Of a DNA stretch of 49,472 nt, positions 31,012 to 40,065 are shown piece after piece (position 1 is the stretch's first letter; each line of letters starts with the position of its first letter). The notes under the pieces are model-generated. The model was given only the letters and a program-made list of their open reading frames with translations. It was not told the origin of the DNA and did not search any database. This DNA comes from Verrucomicrobiota bacterium (GTDB lineage Bacteria > Verrucomicrobiota > Verrucomicrobiia > Limisphaerales > JBFMBT01). Location: assembly GCA_040754875.1 (NCBI GenBank), contig JBFMBT010000003.1:1-49472 (forward strand), written 5' to 3'. A program made the translations under genes and the position numbers.

Positions 31012-33222
31012 TTATCGGTAGGTTCTGGTTTCACGGTTCGTGTTCGTAACCGGGGTCTTTCCGCGCACGTACACCAGGTAGTAACGCTGGCCGGACTCGC
31101 CGGCGTGTGCGTCGGCCCAGGAAGTGGTCGCGCCATCGGCGGTGATATCCCCGCTCAGATCAATCCAGTTGGCGTCGGCCAGATTATTCTTATAGGCCAC
31201 GCGATAAGTCGTGCCCGGCACACTGGCCCAGTTCAGCGTTGCGCGACTTCCCGTGACGTTCAGCGAAGCAACCGTGATGGCGCTCGCGGGTGGTGCCGTG
31301 AAGCCCGCGCGATCCTCGGAAACACCCAGGCTCAGCAACTGCACGACTGGCTCGAAGCGCTCGATGGTAATGGCGCCCAACTGGGTATTGGCCTCCCGCC
31401 CGCGCACGATCAACTGATGCGTTCCGGCCGACAACGTGAAGACCTTGGGCACGAACTCGTTGTTGTCGTGCGTGCCGCTGCCGCGCCAGGAAACCGTTCG
31501 TTTCTCCAGACCGCTGGTGACCGGGATGTCCCAGATCATGGCGGAATCAACGGGCTCGGCATCAATGTTCAAGTAAAAGGAGTTGGCGCTCAGGTCCGGC
31601 GCGTCCACCAGCGCGGTGACAACGTACGAGCCCGCGTTGGCGGTGTTAAACGTGTACGCCGCCCGGCCACCGCTGGCGATGGTGTGAGTGGGCTGATAAA
31701 TCACGCCGTTGCCGATCACGAACGGGGCCGTGACCGTGCCTGAAGTCGAGGCGAAGGAGGGATCGGAACTTCCAGGAGTGGTCTGACCGGAGTTGACCCG
31801 CACGCGGACAGGCGTGGAAGCGGCCATGCTGCCCTCGTTGTAAAACAGCCGCGCGCTCAAGGTGTATTCGCCCGCCCGCACATTGCTCCAGACAGCGTTG
31901 TAGGGCGCCGTCGCATCTTCGCCCAAGACGGCCACCAACACGGTGCCGTGATAAAACACGACCTTTCTGATCGTGTTGCCGTTGGGGTTGACGCTGGCAT
32001 CGAGGTTGATGGTCGCCGGTTCGGAGTAGCTTGCGCCTTCCGCCGGAGCGGTCAGGACGATCGTGGGCGTGGTTCCCGGGCCACCGACCGAGGCGCCGAA
32101 TTGAAAGGCGCCGATATCCCAGGCGCCGGAAGCGGGCCGGGCGGCGCCGCTAAAATCCGTGGCGAAAACCGAGGAGAGATTCAGTCCGGCGCCGATGGCA
32201 GGCGAACCGGCGGCCAGGCGCGGATTGAATCCGGCCAGGCTGGAATTCAGGAAAAGCGGGTCCGTCGAAAGTGTCGTACCCACCGAGTGGGTGAAGTCCG
32301 ATCCACCGTTGGTGAAACCGTAGTCGCCGGACAGGTTGCCGAAGACGAGGTTGCGGTCAATGACGACGCCGCTGCCGTGGGCGTCCCAGGAATCGATCCC
32401 GAAACCGCCGTTGCGGTAAATGATGTTGTTCTTGATATCGACTCCCTCCATGGCCATCCAAAGGATGATTCCCCACATGCCATTGTAGGCCACCACGTTG
32501 TTGTACACCCGCAGGTTGCTCACTGTGTTGGCGCCGGCGACTTGCAGGCCCGCGCCGGGGTTGCTGAACAACACGTTGTTGAAAACAAGCTCGTTGTCGC
32601 CGGTCAGATAGAACCCGTGATCACGACGATCGCCCGCCCTTCCGTTGTGGTGGACCAGGTTGGCTCCGTAAATGTTGCCCTGGGCTGCGTTTCCGGAATA
32701 AACACCGTTTCGACCGATGACGCTGTCGCTGGCGGGATTGCCGTTGTGATGGAATTCGTTGTTCAGAATCCGGTTGAAGCTGCCATAAACCGTGATCCCG
32801 CCCATGGGCGCGCCCCGGATGTCAAATCCGTCAATGACGTGGTGGTCGCCATCGAGCCAGATACCGACATTGCGATCTCCGGTGTTCTGCCCGTCAATGA
32901 TGGCCGCGCCGTGGACCAGGGAACGGAGCACAATGGGGCTCGAGGCGGTCCCGCTTTTGCTGCAACGAAGCCCGTACTGGCTCGTGTAGTCGGTGTAGAG
33001 GCCGGGCGCGACCGTGATCGTGTCGCCGGGACCGGCCAGGCTGTAGGCGCGGGTGATTGTCCGCAGCGGTTGGGTTGCGGTTCCCGAGTTCGAGTCGTTC
33101 CCCAGCGGGGAGACATGGTATTCGGCGCCCTGCGCGCGGATAAGAGCAAGCGCCGGCAACGTCCAACAGAGCCAGTGGCGCCTCCGGGCCGTGTTGCCGT
33201 CTCGAGTGGTTTTGGAGTTCAT
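31012..33222 (-). CDS. Secreted beta-helix protein, paralog of 23371..27408 (beta-helix, Big_7-like, CBM-like and C-terminal PVC-type domain)
   Basis: AEYHVSPLGNDSNSGT..LRTITRAYSLAGPGDTITV, DHGFYLTGDNELV, DAHGSGVVIDRNLVFGN and the same CBM-like unit and C-terminal domain as the paralog. Confidence 0.88.
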   Translation of the reverse strand: MNSKTTRDGNTARRRHWLCWTLPALALIRAQGAEYHVSPLGNDSNSGTATQPLRTITRAYSLAGPGDTITVAPGLYTDYTSQYGLRCSKSGTASSPIVLRSLVHGAAIIDGQNTGDRNVGIWLDGDHHVIDGFDIRGAPMGGITVYGSFNRILNNEFHHNGNPASDSVIGRNGVYSGNAAQGNIYGANLVHHNGRAGDRRDHGFYLTGDNELVFNNVLFSNPGAGLQVAGANTVSNLRVYNNVVAYNGMWGIILWMAMEGVDIKNNIIYRNGGFGIDSWDAHGSGVVIDRNLVFGNLSGDYGFTNGGSDFTHSVGTTLSTDPLFLNSSLAGFNPRLAAGSPAIGAGLNLSSVFATDFSGAARPASGAWDIGAFQFGASVGGPGTTPTIVLTAPAEGASYSEPATINLDASVNPNGNTIRKVVFYHGTVLVAVLGEDATAPYNAVWSNVRAGEYTLSARLFYNEGSMAASTPVRVRVNSGQTTPGSSDPSFASTSGTVTAPFVIGNGVIYQPTHTIASGGRAAYTFNTANAGSYVVTALVDAPDLSANSFYLNIDAEPVDSAMIWDIPVTSGLEKRTVSWRGSGTHDNNEFVPKVFTLSAGTHQLIVRGREANTQLGAITIERFEPVVQLLSLGVSEDRAGFTAPPASAITVASLNVTGSRATLNWASVPGTTYRVAYKNNLADANWIDLSGDITADGATTSWADAHAGESGQRYYLVYVRGKTPVTNTNRETRTYR

Positions 33223-33287
33223 GGCAGGGATGTGATTCGGATTGAGGGTTTTCGCCAGGCGGCACGAGGACGATCAGGCGGGCGAAA

Positions 33288-35549
33288 TCACGACGACCGG
33301 TTGCGGCAGCGATGGAAGAGGTCGGCGAAGGCGGCGGCGTAAGGTTCGCGGAGCATGGTGTCGCCGGTGGAGCCGTCGGGGCCGTAATAGTCTTCGGTGC
33401 GAGGAGCGATGTTTCGCCAGGGCGTCACGACTTCATCCAAATCCAGCAATGACCTGGTCGGCAGGATAAGGCACACGCGGCCCGGAAAACTGGCGGGGCG
33501 GTAGCAGCACAAGGCCGCAATCGTGACGCGGGCAAGCTGGTCGCGCCGCTGCATCAGCGGGTCCGGGGCCGAGGACCGCGCGGCGGCGCGTTCCGCAGTG
33601 AGGTTGTGCCACCGCTCGGCGATGTAGGACCGCAGGTCGGCGAACGACAGGGTGGCGACGGCCCGGGCGTGGCGAAGGACGCGATTGGCTTCGGTCATGA
33701 CGCGCGCGCGCAGTTGCGGCAACGGGCGATACCATGTTGGGAACGGGCAGCCGAACAGGGCAAGCAGATTCACTTCCGTCCCGTCGCGCACAAGCTGGTG
33801 GGCCACTTCCAGGGCGATGCCGCCGCCCGAACAGAAGCCAGCAATAATGCACGGCCCGTCCGGCCGAAACTCACGGATCTGGCCGGCGAAATACGCGGCC
33901 AGGTCCTCGACACGCGCGAGCGGTTCGCTCTGGCCATCGAGTCCGGGAGGTTCCAGGCCGAAGAACGGCTGGTCTTCGCCGAGGTGCTGCGCGAGGAAGC
34001 GATAGCAGAAGACATCGCCGTTGTGCCCGGCGACACCAAACACGGGGGCGCGTGTTCCGTGCGGCTGCAAGGGCACGATGGCCCGCTGCTGCCGCGCCAG
34101 CGCGCCGGCCGATTGCAGGAACTGGAGAATCTCGCGCTTGTGTTGCTTCAGCTCCTCCTTCAGTTCCGCAGTCAAAGCGCCGGCGGGGGCGCTGCATCGC
34201 AACTGCCCGCCATCCGCCGAGACACGGATGTTGCGCTCGCGGAGTTTCGCGAGGAAGGAGTAAACATGGCCATTGTCGGCGCGCGTGAATTTCAAAGCCG
34301 TGTGGTTGGCGGATGAAACGGAGGGCGTCGCGGTTCGCTCCGCGGAAACAGGCCCGGTATTCGCACGCTCGCGCAGGTCGTTCAGGTTTTCCAGGCTGTC
34401 CAGGACTCGCGCGGTGGGCACGCCGAAATCCAGCAGGCAGGCGATTTCATCCACGCCGGCGTTGCGACAACACTCGACCATTCGCGCGCAGGTGGCAGGC
34501 GTTCCAAACAGACCGCTGGTCTCGTAGTAACGCTCGAAGGCCACGTCGAGCAGCGCTTCGATCTCGCGCTCGGGCAAGGCGCGGAGGTCCACATCCTGCG
34601 ATTTGCTGTTGGCGTCGCCGGCGCGGACGAAAGCGGGCATGTTGCCGGCCAGTTCCGCCACCAGTTTGAGCGAGCTGCGGAGGTAGTCCTTCATCGGCCG
34701 GCGAACCAGTTCGCGCACTTCGGCGTCATCGCCGCCGACCAACGTGTGGAGCATGAGCGTCACCCGGCCGGTCGCCGGATCGTGGCCGGCGGCGGCGCGT
34801 GCCTGGCGGTAAACGGCGATTTTTTCGGCGACTTGCTCCAGCGTCTGCCCAAGCAGATGAGTGAGCACGTTGCCGCCCAGTTCGCCGGCCTGCCGGTAGG
34901 TGTCGGGATTGCCCGCGGTTGTGATCCACAGCGGCAGATCCGGTTGCACCGGGCGCGGCAGGGTCTGAATCAACACCTCCTGGCCGAGCGGATTGCGAAA
35001 GGCGATTTTCTCACCGCGCCACAAACGCCGGACCTGGTCAATTTGTTCAAGCATGACGCGTTTGTTTTCGGCGTGGTTCTCCGGGCACAACACAAAATCA
35101 TTGAGCTGCCAGCCGGAAGCGAAGGCGATGGCGACGCGGCCGTTGCTGAGGTTGTCCACGACGGCCCACTCTTCCGCGATACGGATGGGATGGTGCAGCG
35201 GCGAGACGCAACTGCCCGCTCGGATGCCGAGACGCTCGGTGACAGCCGCCAGCGCGGCACCGGTGACGGATGGATTGGGGTACGGCCCGCCGAAGGCATG
35301 GAAATGGCGCTCGGGCGTCCACACCGCCTCGAAGCCGTGACGGTCGAAGTACTTCGCGCCTTCGATCATCAACCGGTATTTGTCGCGGCCCGGCGCGTCA
35401 TCGTTGCCCCACAGGAACAGGCTGAAAGCCATCGGCTTGATCGGGCGTTGCGCTTCGCGGGAGGAAACGACTTTGGCTTCGCCTTGAAGCGCGGTGGCCG
35501 AACGCCTCGTCGGTGGCGGAGCGATGGCGATGTCATTGATCGTTTGCAT
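33288..35549 (-). CDS. MupA/Atu3671-family luciferase-like monooxygenase fused to a TubC-type docking domain and an atypical thioesterase
   Basis: FSLFLWG, AVWTPERHFHAFGGPYPNPSV, HHPIRIAEEWAVVDNLSNGRV and GVDEIACLLDFG (LLM). LRERNIRVSADGGQLRCSAPAGALTAELKEELKQHKREILQFL (TubC_N). IVPLQPHG..GFCSGGGIALEVA (TE fold). Confidence 0.88.
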   Translation of the reverse strand: MQTINDIAIAPPPTRRSATALQGEAKVVSSREAQRPIKPMAFSLFLWGNDDAPGRDKYRLMIEGAKYFDRHGFEAVWTPERHFHAFGGPYPNPSVTGAALAAVTERLGIRAGSCVSPLHHPIRIAEEWAVVDNLSNGRVAIAFASGWQLNDFVLCPENHAENKRVMLEQIDQVRRLWRGEKIAFRNPLGQEVLIQTLPRPVQPDLPLWITTAGNPDTYRQAGELGGNVLTHLLGQTLEQVAEKIAVYRQARAAAGHDPATGRVTLMLHTLVGGDDAEVRELVRRPMKDYLRSSLKLVAELAGNMPAFVRAGDANSKSQDVDLRALPEREIEALLDVAFERYYETSGLFGTPATCARMVECCRNAGVDEIACLLDFGVPTARVLDSLENLNDLRERANTGPVSAERTATPSVSSANHTALKFTRADNGHVYSFLAKLRERNIRVSADGGQLRCSAPAGALTAELKEELKQHKREILQFLQSAGALARQQRAIVPLQPHGTRAPVFGVAGHNGDVFCYRFLAQHLGEDQPFFGLEPPGLDGQSEPLARVEDLAAYFAGQIREFRPDGPCIIAGFCSGGGIALEVAHQLVRDGTEVNLLALFGCPFPTWYRPLPQLRARVMTEANRVLRHARAVATLSFADLRSYIAERWHNLTAERAAARSSAPDPLMQRRDQLARVTIAALCCYRPASFPGRVCLILPTRSLLDLDEVVTPWRNIAPRTEDYYGPDGSTGDTMLREPYAAAFADLFHRCRNRSS

Positions 35550-35600
35550 GGTGATGGGTGAAAGCGTTTGGGTTTTTGGACTGTCAAAGCGGTGTCGCGC

Positions 35601-38600
35601 TCATAACACGACTTCTTCTTGAATCCCTGTTTCCTCGCCGGCTGGTGTGTTCGACAGGCGCAGCCATTGCAGCGCATCGATCGCCCCGGCGAGGTCAGCC
35701 AGCACCGGTTTTTCAAACAGCGTCCGCGTCGGCAAATCGACGTTGAAAGCGTCGCGAATGCGCGCGAGGGTTTTGATCGCCAGCAGGGAGTGGCCGCCCA
35801 AGTCGAAGAAATCATCATCGAGACCAACGTGCTCGACGTTCAACACTTCACTGAAAATACGCACGAGCGTCTGTTCGGTTTCGGTCGGCAGCCGGGAAAT
35901 CTCGCGAGCGGGCGAACGGCTTGGGGACGTTGGCGCGGGCAACGCCTGGCGGTCAAGCTTGCCGTTGGCTGTCAGGGGAAACTGCTCCAGCAGGACGAAG
36001 GCCGAGGGAATCATGTATTGAGGCAACCGCGCCTGGAGATGCTTGCGCAAGGCCACGGGGGTCAGAATCTCCGGTGTCGGCGGCACGCTGCGGAGATGCG
36101 CCCCGTCCGCCTGTTCCCGCACGAGCCGTCCGGCTGGCGAAGGCCGGATGGCGTACACGTAACAGAGGTCGGTTTTTGTGAGCAACGGATCCTGTTCGAG
36201 AAGCACTTCATAACCTTGCTGCTCCAGCAGAGCCATGAGCGGCGCCCGATCCTTTGCCTGGTCCACTTCAACGACCAACTGACGGATTTTTGCCCAATCG
36301 CCGGCACCAATTCCGCGCAGGACATCCAATTCGCTTTTCTCGACATTGATCTTGAGCAGGTCAATCCGCTCGACGCCCTCCGCGGTGATGACGTTGGACA
36401 GGGTCCGCAATTGAGTGGTTTCCGTCCGCGCGCGGAACCGGTCCTCGATGATTTCCTCGACGGCGCCGGCCAATTGCCCGTTGTCGGGCGAGCCTGACAT
36501 TTGATTGAGCGCGTAAGTCTTGACCACTTCGCGCTCGATCGCCGCGTCCGCGTAGAATCCGGACAACAAGGAGAAGCCTTCGAAGAAGGTCAACTCGGCC
36601 GTTCGTTCCTCGGAGGAAAGGCCGAACGGGAGGCATTTCGCGGCGGCGCCGTAGGCTTCGGCATTGGCCTTCAAGCAGGCGAAGGCGGCGGGGTTGGGTT
36701 CAAAGGCCAGCACGCGGAGACTCCGGGCCAGGCGGCTGGCAAAGACGGTGAACAGGCCGATGTTGGCGCCCGCATCCACAATCACGTCGCCGTCGCGGAT
36801 CGTGATCCCGTGGCGCAGATAGGCCTGAAGGACGAAAATCTCGTGGTAGATGTAATCGGTTTCGTGCTTGTTCAGATGCGCGACCGGCGAGCCGTCCGGC
36901 AGGAGATGAATCGCGCGCCCTTCCCACAGCGGCTGAGCCGGGCGTGTGGGGACGAGATATGCGACCAATTGTTTGCCGCTCGATTCCTCCTCCCGTCCCA
37001 ACACCACGGCTTCGCGCACGCCGGGGTGTTCACGCAAGACTGCTTCGATTTCCCCGGGCTCGATGCGGTAGCCGTGGATTTTGATCTGGTGATCCAGCCG
37101 CCCGCAAAACTCGAGGTTGCCGTCGGGCAGGTAGCGCGCCCGGTCGCCGGTGCGATACAGGCGGGAACCCGGGTGGAAGGGATCGGGAGTGAATTTTTCG
37201 GCGTTCAGCTCGGGGCGATTGAGGTAGCCGCGCGCCACTCCCGCGCCGCCGATGCACAACTCACCGGTCACGCCCCTCGGCACGGGCTGGCCGTGGCGGT
37301 CCAGGAGGTATACGCGGCTGTTGGGCAACGGTCGGCCCAGCGGCAACGTGCCTGACGGCGTGAGGGGGAAGTCGGCGCCGACGCGATACGTCAACACACC
37401 GACGGTTGTTTCGGTCGGCCCGTAGTGGTTGTAAATCTCGCAGCCGGGCGACCAGTCGCGCAGTTGCTTGATCCATTCCAGCCGGGACGCCTCGCCGCCC
37501 AGAATCAAACGCTGCCGGGGCATGATGGATTCGGGATTTCTCCCGCTCTGCAACGCGGCGAGATGAGAGGGGACGATTTTCAGCACGTCGATTTGCTCGC
37601 GGGCGAAGTATTCGGAAAGTTGCGCGGGACTCTCGGCCCGTTCGTGCGAGATGATGTGCAGGCAGCCGCCCGTGATGAGGGCCGGGAAAAGCACCGTGTT
37701 GCCGAGGTCGGCGGCAATGGTCGAAACCATCGCGTGCTGCATCCCAGGCGTGAGCCGCAGGCGTTCCACGATGCCCAACACGTAATTGACGATGTTGCGA
37801 TGTTCGATGCAGACGCCTTTGGGGCGGCCGGTGGATCCGCTGGTGAAGATTACATAGGCGGCGTTGGTTGGTGTTGCGGCGACGCCGCCTTGTTTTTTTG
37901 CCGAGCGGTGTTCAGTCGAAGTCAAAGCGCCGTCGCCGCTTCGCTTTGCCGGCGCAGTCCAAATTTCATCGAGGCAGACAGACCGGCAGTCTGAAGGCAG
38001 ACCCGGCAGAAGGCTGGTTTGCGTGACCAGGAGTTCAACACCAGCATCCGCCAGCATGAGGGCGATCCGTTCGGCAGGAAGCGCCGTATCGATTGGCACG
38101 TAGGCCGCGCCCGCCTTGAGAATGCCCAAGAGTCCCACCACCAACTCGACGGAACGCTCGACGCACAGACCGACCAGGACCTCCGGCCCCGCTCCCAACG
38201 TTCGCAGATGACGCGCCAGTTGGTCGGCGCGATGGTTCAGTTCCGCATAGGTCAAGCGCTGATCTTCAAAGGCCACGGCCGGTTGGTCGGGTGTGCGGGC
38301 GGCCTGCGCTTCGAACAACTGGTGCAGACAGAGGTTCTGGCGCGGATCAGCCACAGTCGTCTGGTTCCAATCCATCAACAATTGCGTGCGCTCCGGGTCG
38401 GTCAGCATGGGGAGTTCCCACACGCTTCGATCCGGGCAAGCGACCATGGCTTCGAGCAGCGCGCGCCAATGACCGGCCATCCGCGCGATGGTTTGTTCCT
38501 CGAACAAATCGGTGGCGTACTCGAAGTACGCGCGGAGCTCGCCAGGTGTTTCATCCACCAACACGGCGAGATCAAACAACGCCCCTCCCGCGTGCACGCA

Positions 38601-39974
38601 GAGCGGGCTGGTGGTGAGCCCGTCGAGTTCGAGCGCATCCTGCGGCCCGCTTTGCTGGGCGAACATGACCTGGAACAACGGATTGCGGCCCGGGTCCCGC
38701 CTGGGCTGGATTTCCTCGACGAGCCGGTCGAGGGGCAGTTCCTGATGCGCCACGGCGTCCAGGCACACTTCGCGCATGCGCGCCAGATGCTGGCGCACCG
38801 ACGGGTTGCCCGACAGATCGGCGCGCAGCACGACGGTGTTGGCGAAAAAGCCGATTGCGTTTTCGAACTCGGCGCGGTTGCGGTTGGCGACCGGCGTGCC
38901 CAGCAACAGGTCGTCCTGTCCGCTGTAGCGCGCCAGCAGCAGCGTGAAGCCGGAGGCCAGCGTCATGAAAAGCGTCGCGTGTTCCAGCCGGGCCAGACTG
39001 CGGAGGTCCTTGACCAGTTCCGCGGGAAGCGTGAACACCTGGATTGTTCCGCGATGCCGCTCCACCGGCGGCCGCGGGTGATCGGTCGGGAGTTCGAGCA
39101 CCTGTGGCGCGCCCGCCAGACGTGATTTCCAATGCGCGAGCGATTCGGCCAACGCCCCGTCCTGCCAGTGCTGACGTTGCCAGCGCGCGAAGTCGCGATA
39201 TTGAAAGCGAAGCGGCGGCAGGGCTGTCGGATGACCGCGTAAAAAGGCGTTATAGAGTTCGCCCAGTTCGCGAATCAGTATGCCTTCGGACCAGCCGTCC
39301 AGAATGATGTGGTGCATCGTCAGCATCAACACATGGGTGTCCGCAGCGATGCCGTAGAGCTGGGCGCGGAACAAGGGCCCGTTCGCCAAATCGAACGGGT
39401 GGGTAGCCGCTGCGCGCAGCCGTGTCATCAGCGTTGAGTGCGCATCCGGCTGTCCGCCCAGGTCTTCCACGGGCAGCGCCCATGGTCCCGATTCGAGCAC
39501 GACCTGGAACAACTGTTCCTCCATGTGCACGAACACGGTGCGCAGCGATTCATGCCGGCGAACCAACGCCTCGAAGGCGCGCTCGAGGGCCGGGACATCG
39601 AGGTTCCCGCGCAATTCGAAGGCCCGGGTCATGATGTAGGCCGTCCCACCGGGCTCGACCTGGTCGAGGAACCACAGGCGCTGCTGCGGATAGGAAAGTT
39701 CCGCCGGCGCGCGCAGAAATTCCAAGATTTCGCGCTTGTGCTGCCGCAGCTCTTCTTGCACGTCCGGCGTCAACACACCGGCTGGAGCGTCGCACCGCAG
39801 GTGATCGCCATCAGCCCAGACACGAACGTCCCGCGCGCGCAACTCAACCAACACGCCGGGCTCGGCCCAGGGGCGCGGGTGTCCATTGGGCGGCGACTTC
39901 AACCCGAGGCTGTGGGGCGTGGCGTTGGTACGTTCCCGCTGGCCGATTGGTGAGGTTGTTTCCTGTTTGTTCAT
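35601..39974 (-). CDS. NRPS2: TubC-type docking domain - C - A (Asp predicted) interrupted by an FkbM methyltransferase - PCP - C-terminal docking peptide
   Basis: LSYPQQRLWFLDQ, HHIILDGWS, AYVIFTSGSTGRPKG, YGPTE, LYRTGD, DAGANIG and DLLKINVEKSE (FkbM), NGKLDR and LGGHSLL. Likely start is the ATG at 39974; the ORF-track extension to 40163 overlaps NRPS1 and a REP. Confidence 0.92.
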   Translation of the reverse strand: MNKQETTSPIGQRERTNATPHSLGLKSPPNGHPRPWAEPGVLVELRARDVRVWADGDHLRCDAPAGVLTPDVQEELRQHKREILEFLRAPAELSYPQQRLWFLDQVEPGGTAYIMTRAFELRGNLDVPALERAFEALVRRHESLRTVFVHMEEQLFQVVLESGPWALPVEDLGGQPDAHSTLMTRLRAAATHPFDLANGPLFRAQLYGIAADTHVLMLTMHHIILDGWSEGILIRELGELYNAFLRGHPTALPPLRFQYRDFARWQRQHWQDGALAESLAHWKSRLAGAPQVLELPTDHPRPPVERHRGTIQVFTLPAELVKDLRSLARLEHATLFMTLASGFTLLLARYSGQDDLLLGTPVANRNRAEFENAIGFFANTVVLRADLSGNPSVRQHLARMREVCLDAVAHQELPLDRLVEEIQPRRDPGRNPLFQVMFAQQSGPQDALELDGLTTSPLCVHAGGALFDLAVLVDETPGELRAYFEYATDLFEEQTIARMAGHWRALLEAMVACPDRSVWELPMLTDPERTQLLMDWNQTTVADPRQNLCLHQLFEAQAARTPDQPAVAFEDQRLTYAELNHRADQLARHLRTLGAGPEVLVGLCVERSVELVVGLLGILKAGAAYVPIDTALPAERIALMLADAGVELLVTQTSLLPGLPSDCRSVCLDEIWTAPAKRSGDGALTSTEHRSAKKQGGVAATPTNAAYVIFTSGSTGRPKGVCIEHRNIVNYVLGIVERLRLTPGMQHAMVSTIAADLGNTVLFPALITGGCLHIISHERAESPAQLSEYFAREQIDVLKIVPSHLAALQSGRNPESIMPRQRLILGGEASRLEWIKQLRDWSPGCEIYNHYGPTETTVGVLTYRVGADFPLTPSGTLPLGRPLPNSRVYLLDRHGQPVPRGVTGELCIGGAGVARGYLNRPELNAEKFTPDPFHPGSRLYRTGDRARYLPDGNLEFCGRLDHQIKIHGYRIEPGEIEAVLREHPGVREAVVLGREEESSGKQLVAYLVPTRPAQPLWEGRAIHLLPDGSPVAHLNKHETDYIYHEIFVLQAYLRHGITIRDGDVIVDAGANIGLFTVFASRLARSLRVLAFEPNPAAFACLKANAEAYGAAAKCLPFGLSSEERTAELTFFEGFSLLSGFYADAAIEREVVKTYALNQMSGSPDNGQLAGAVEEIIEDRFRARTETTQLRTLSNVITAEGVERIDLLKINVEKSELDVLRGIGAGDWAKIRQLVVEVDQAKDRAPLMALLEQQGYEVLLEQDPLLTKTDLCYVYAIRPSPAGRLVREQADGAHLRSVPPTPEILTPVALRKHLQARLPQYMIPSAFVLLEQFPLTANGKLDRQALPAPTSPSRSPAREISRLPTETEQTLVRIFSEVLNVEHVGLDDDFFDLGGHSLLAIKTLARIRDAFNVDLPTRTLFEKPVLADLAGAIDALQWLRLSNTPAGEETGIQEEVVL

Positions 39975-40065
39975 CGCGGTTCTCAGTTTCAGTGGTCGAT
40001 CGCGTCGCGAAGATTTCGCGAAAAGCGGCGTGGCGCTTCGCTTCCCGCCGCAGTCCAAAGGTTGA

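Noticed and set aside
30891-31136. N-terminal extension of the PKD protein
   Set aside because: It overlaps the upstream gene and a REP doublet. The signal peptide begins at 30890.
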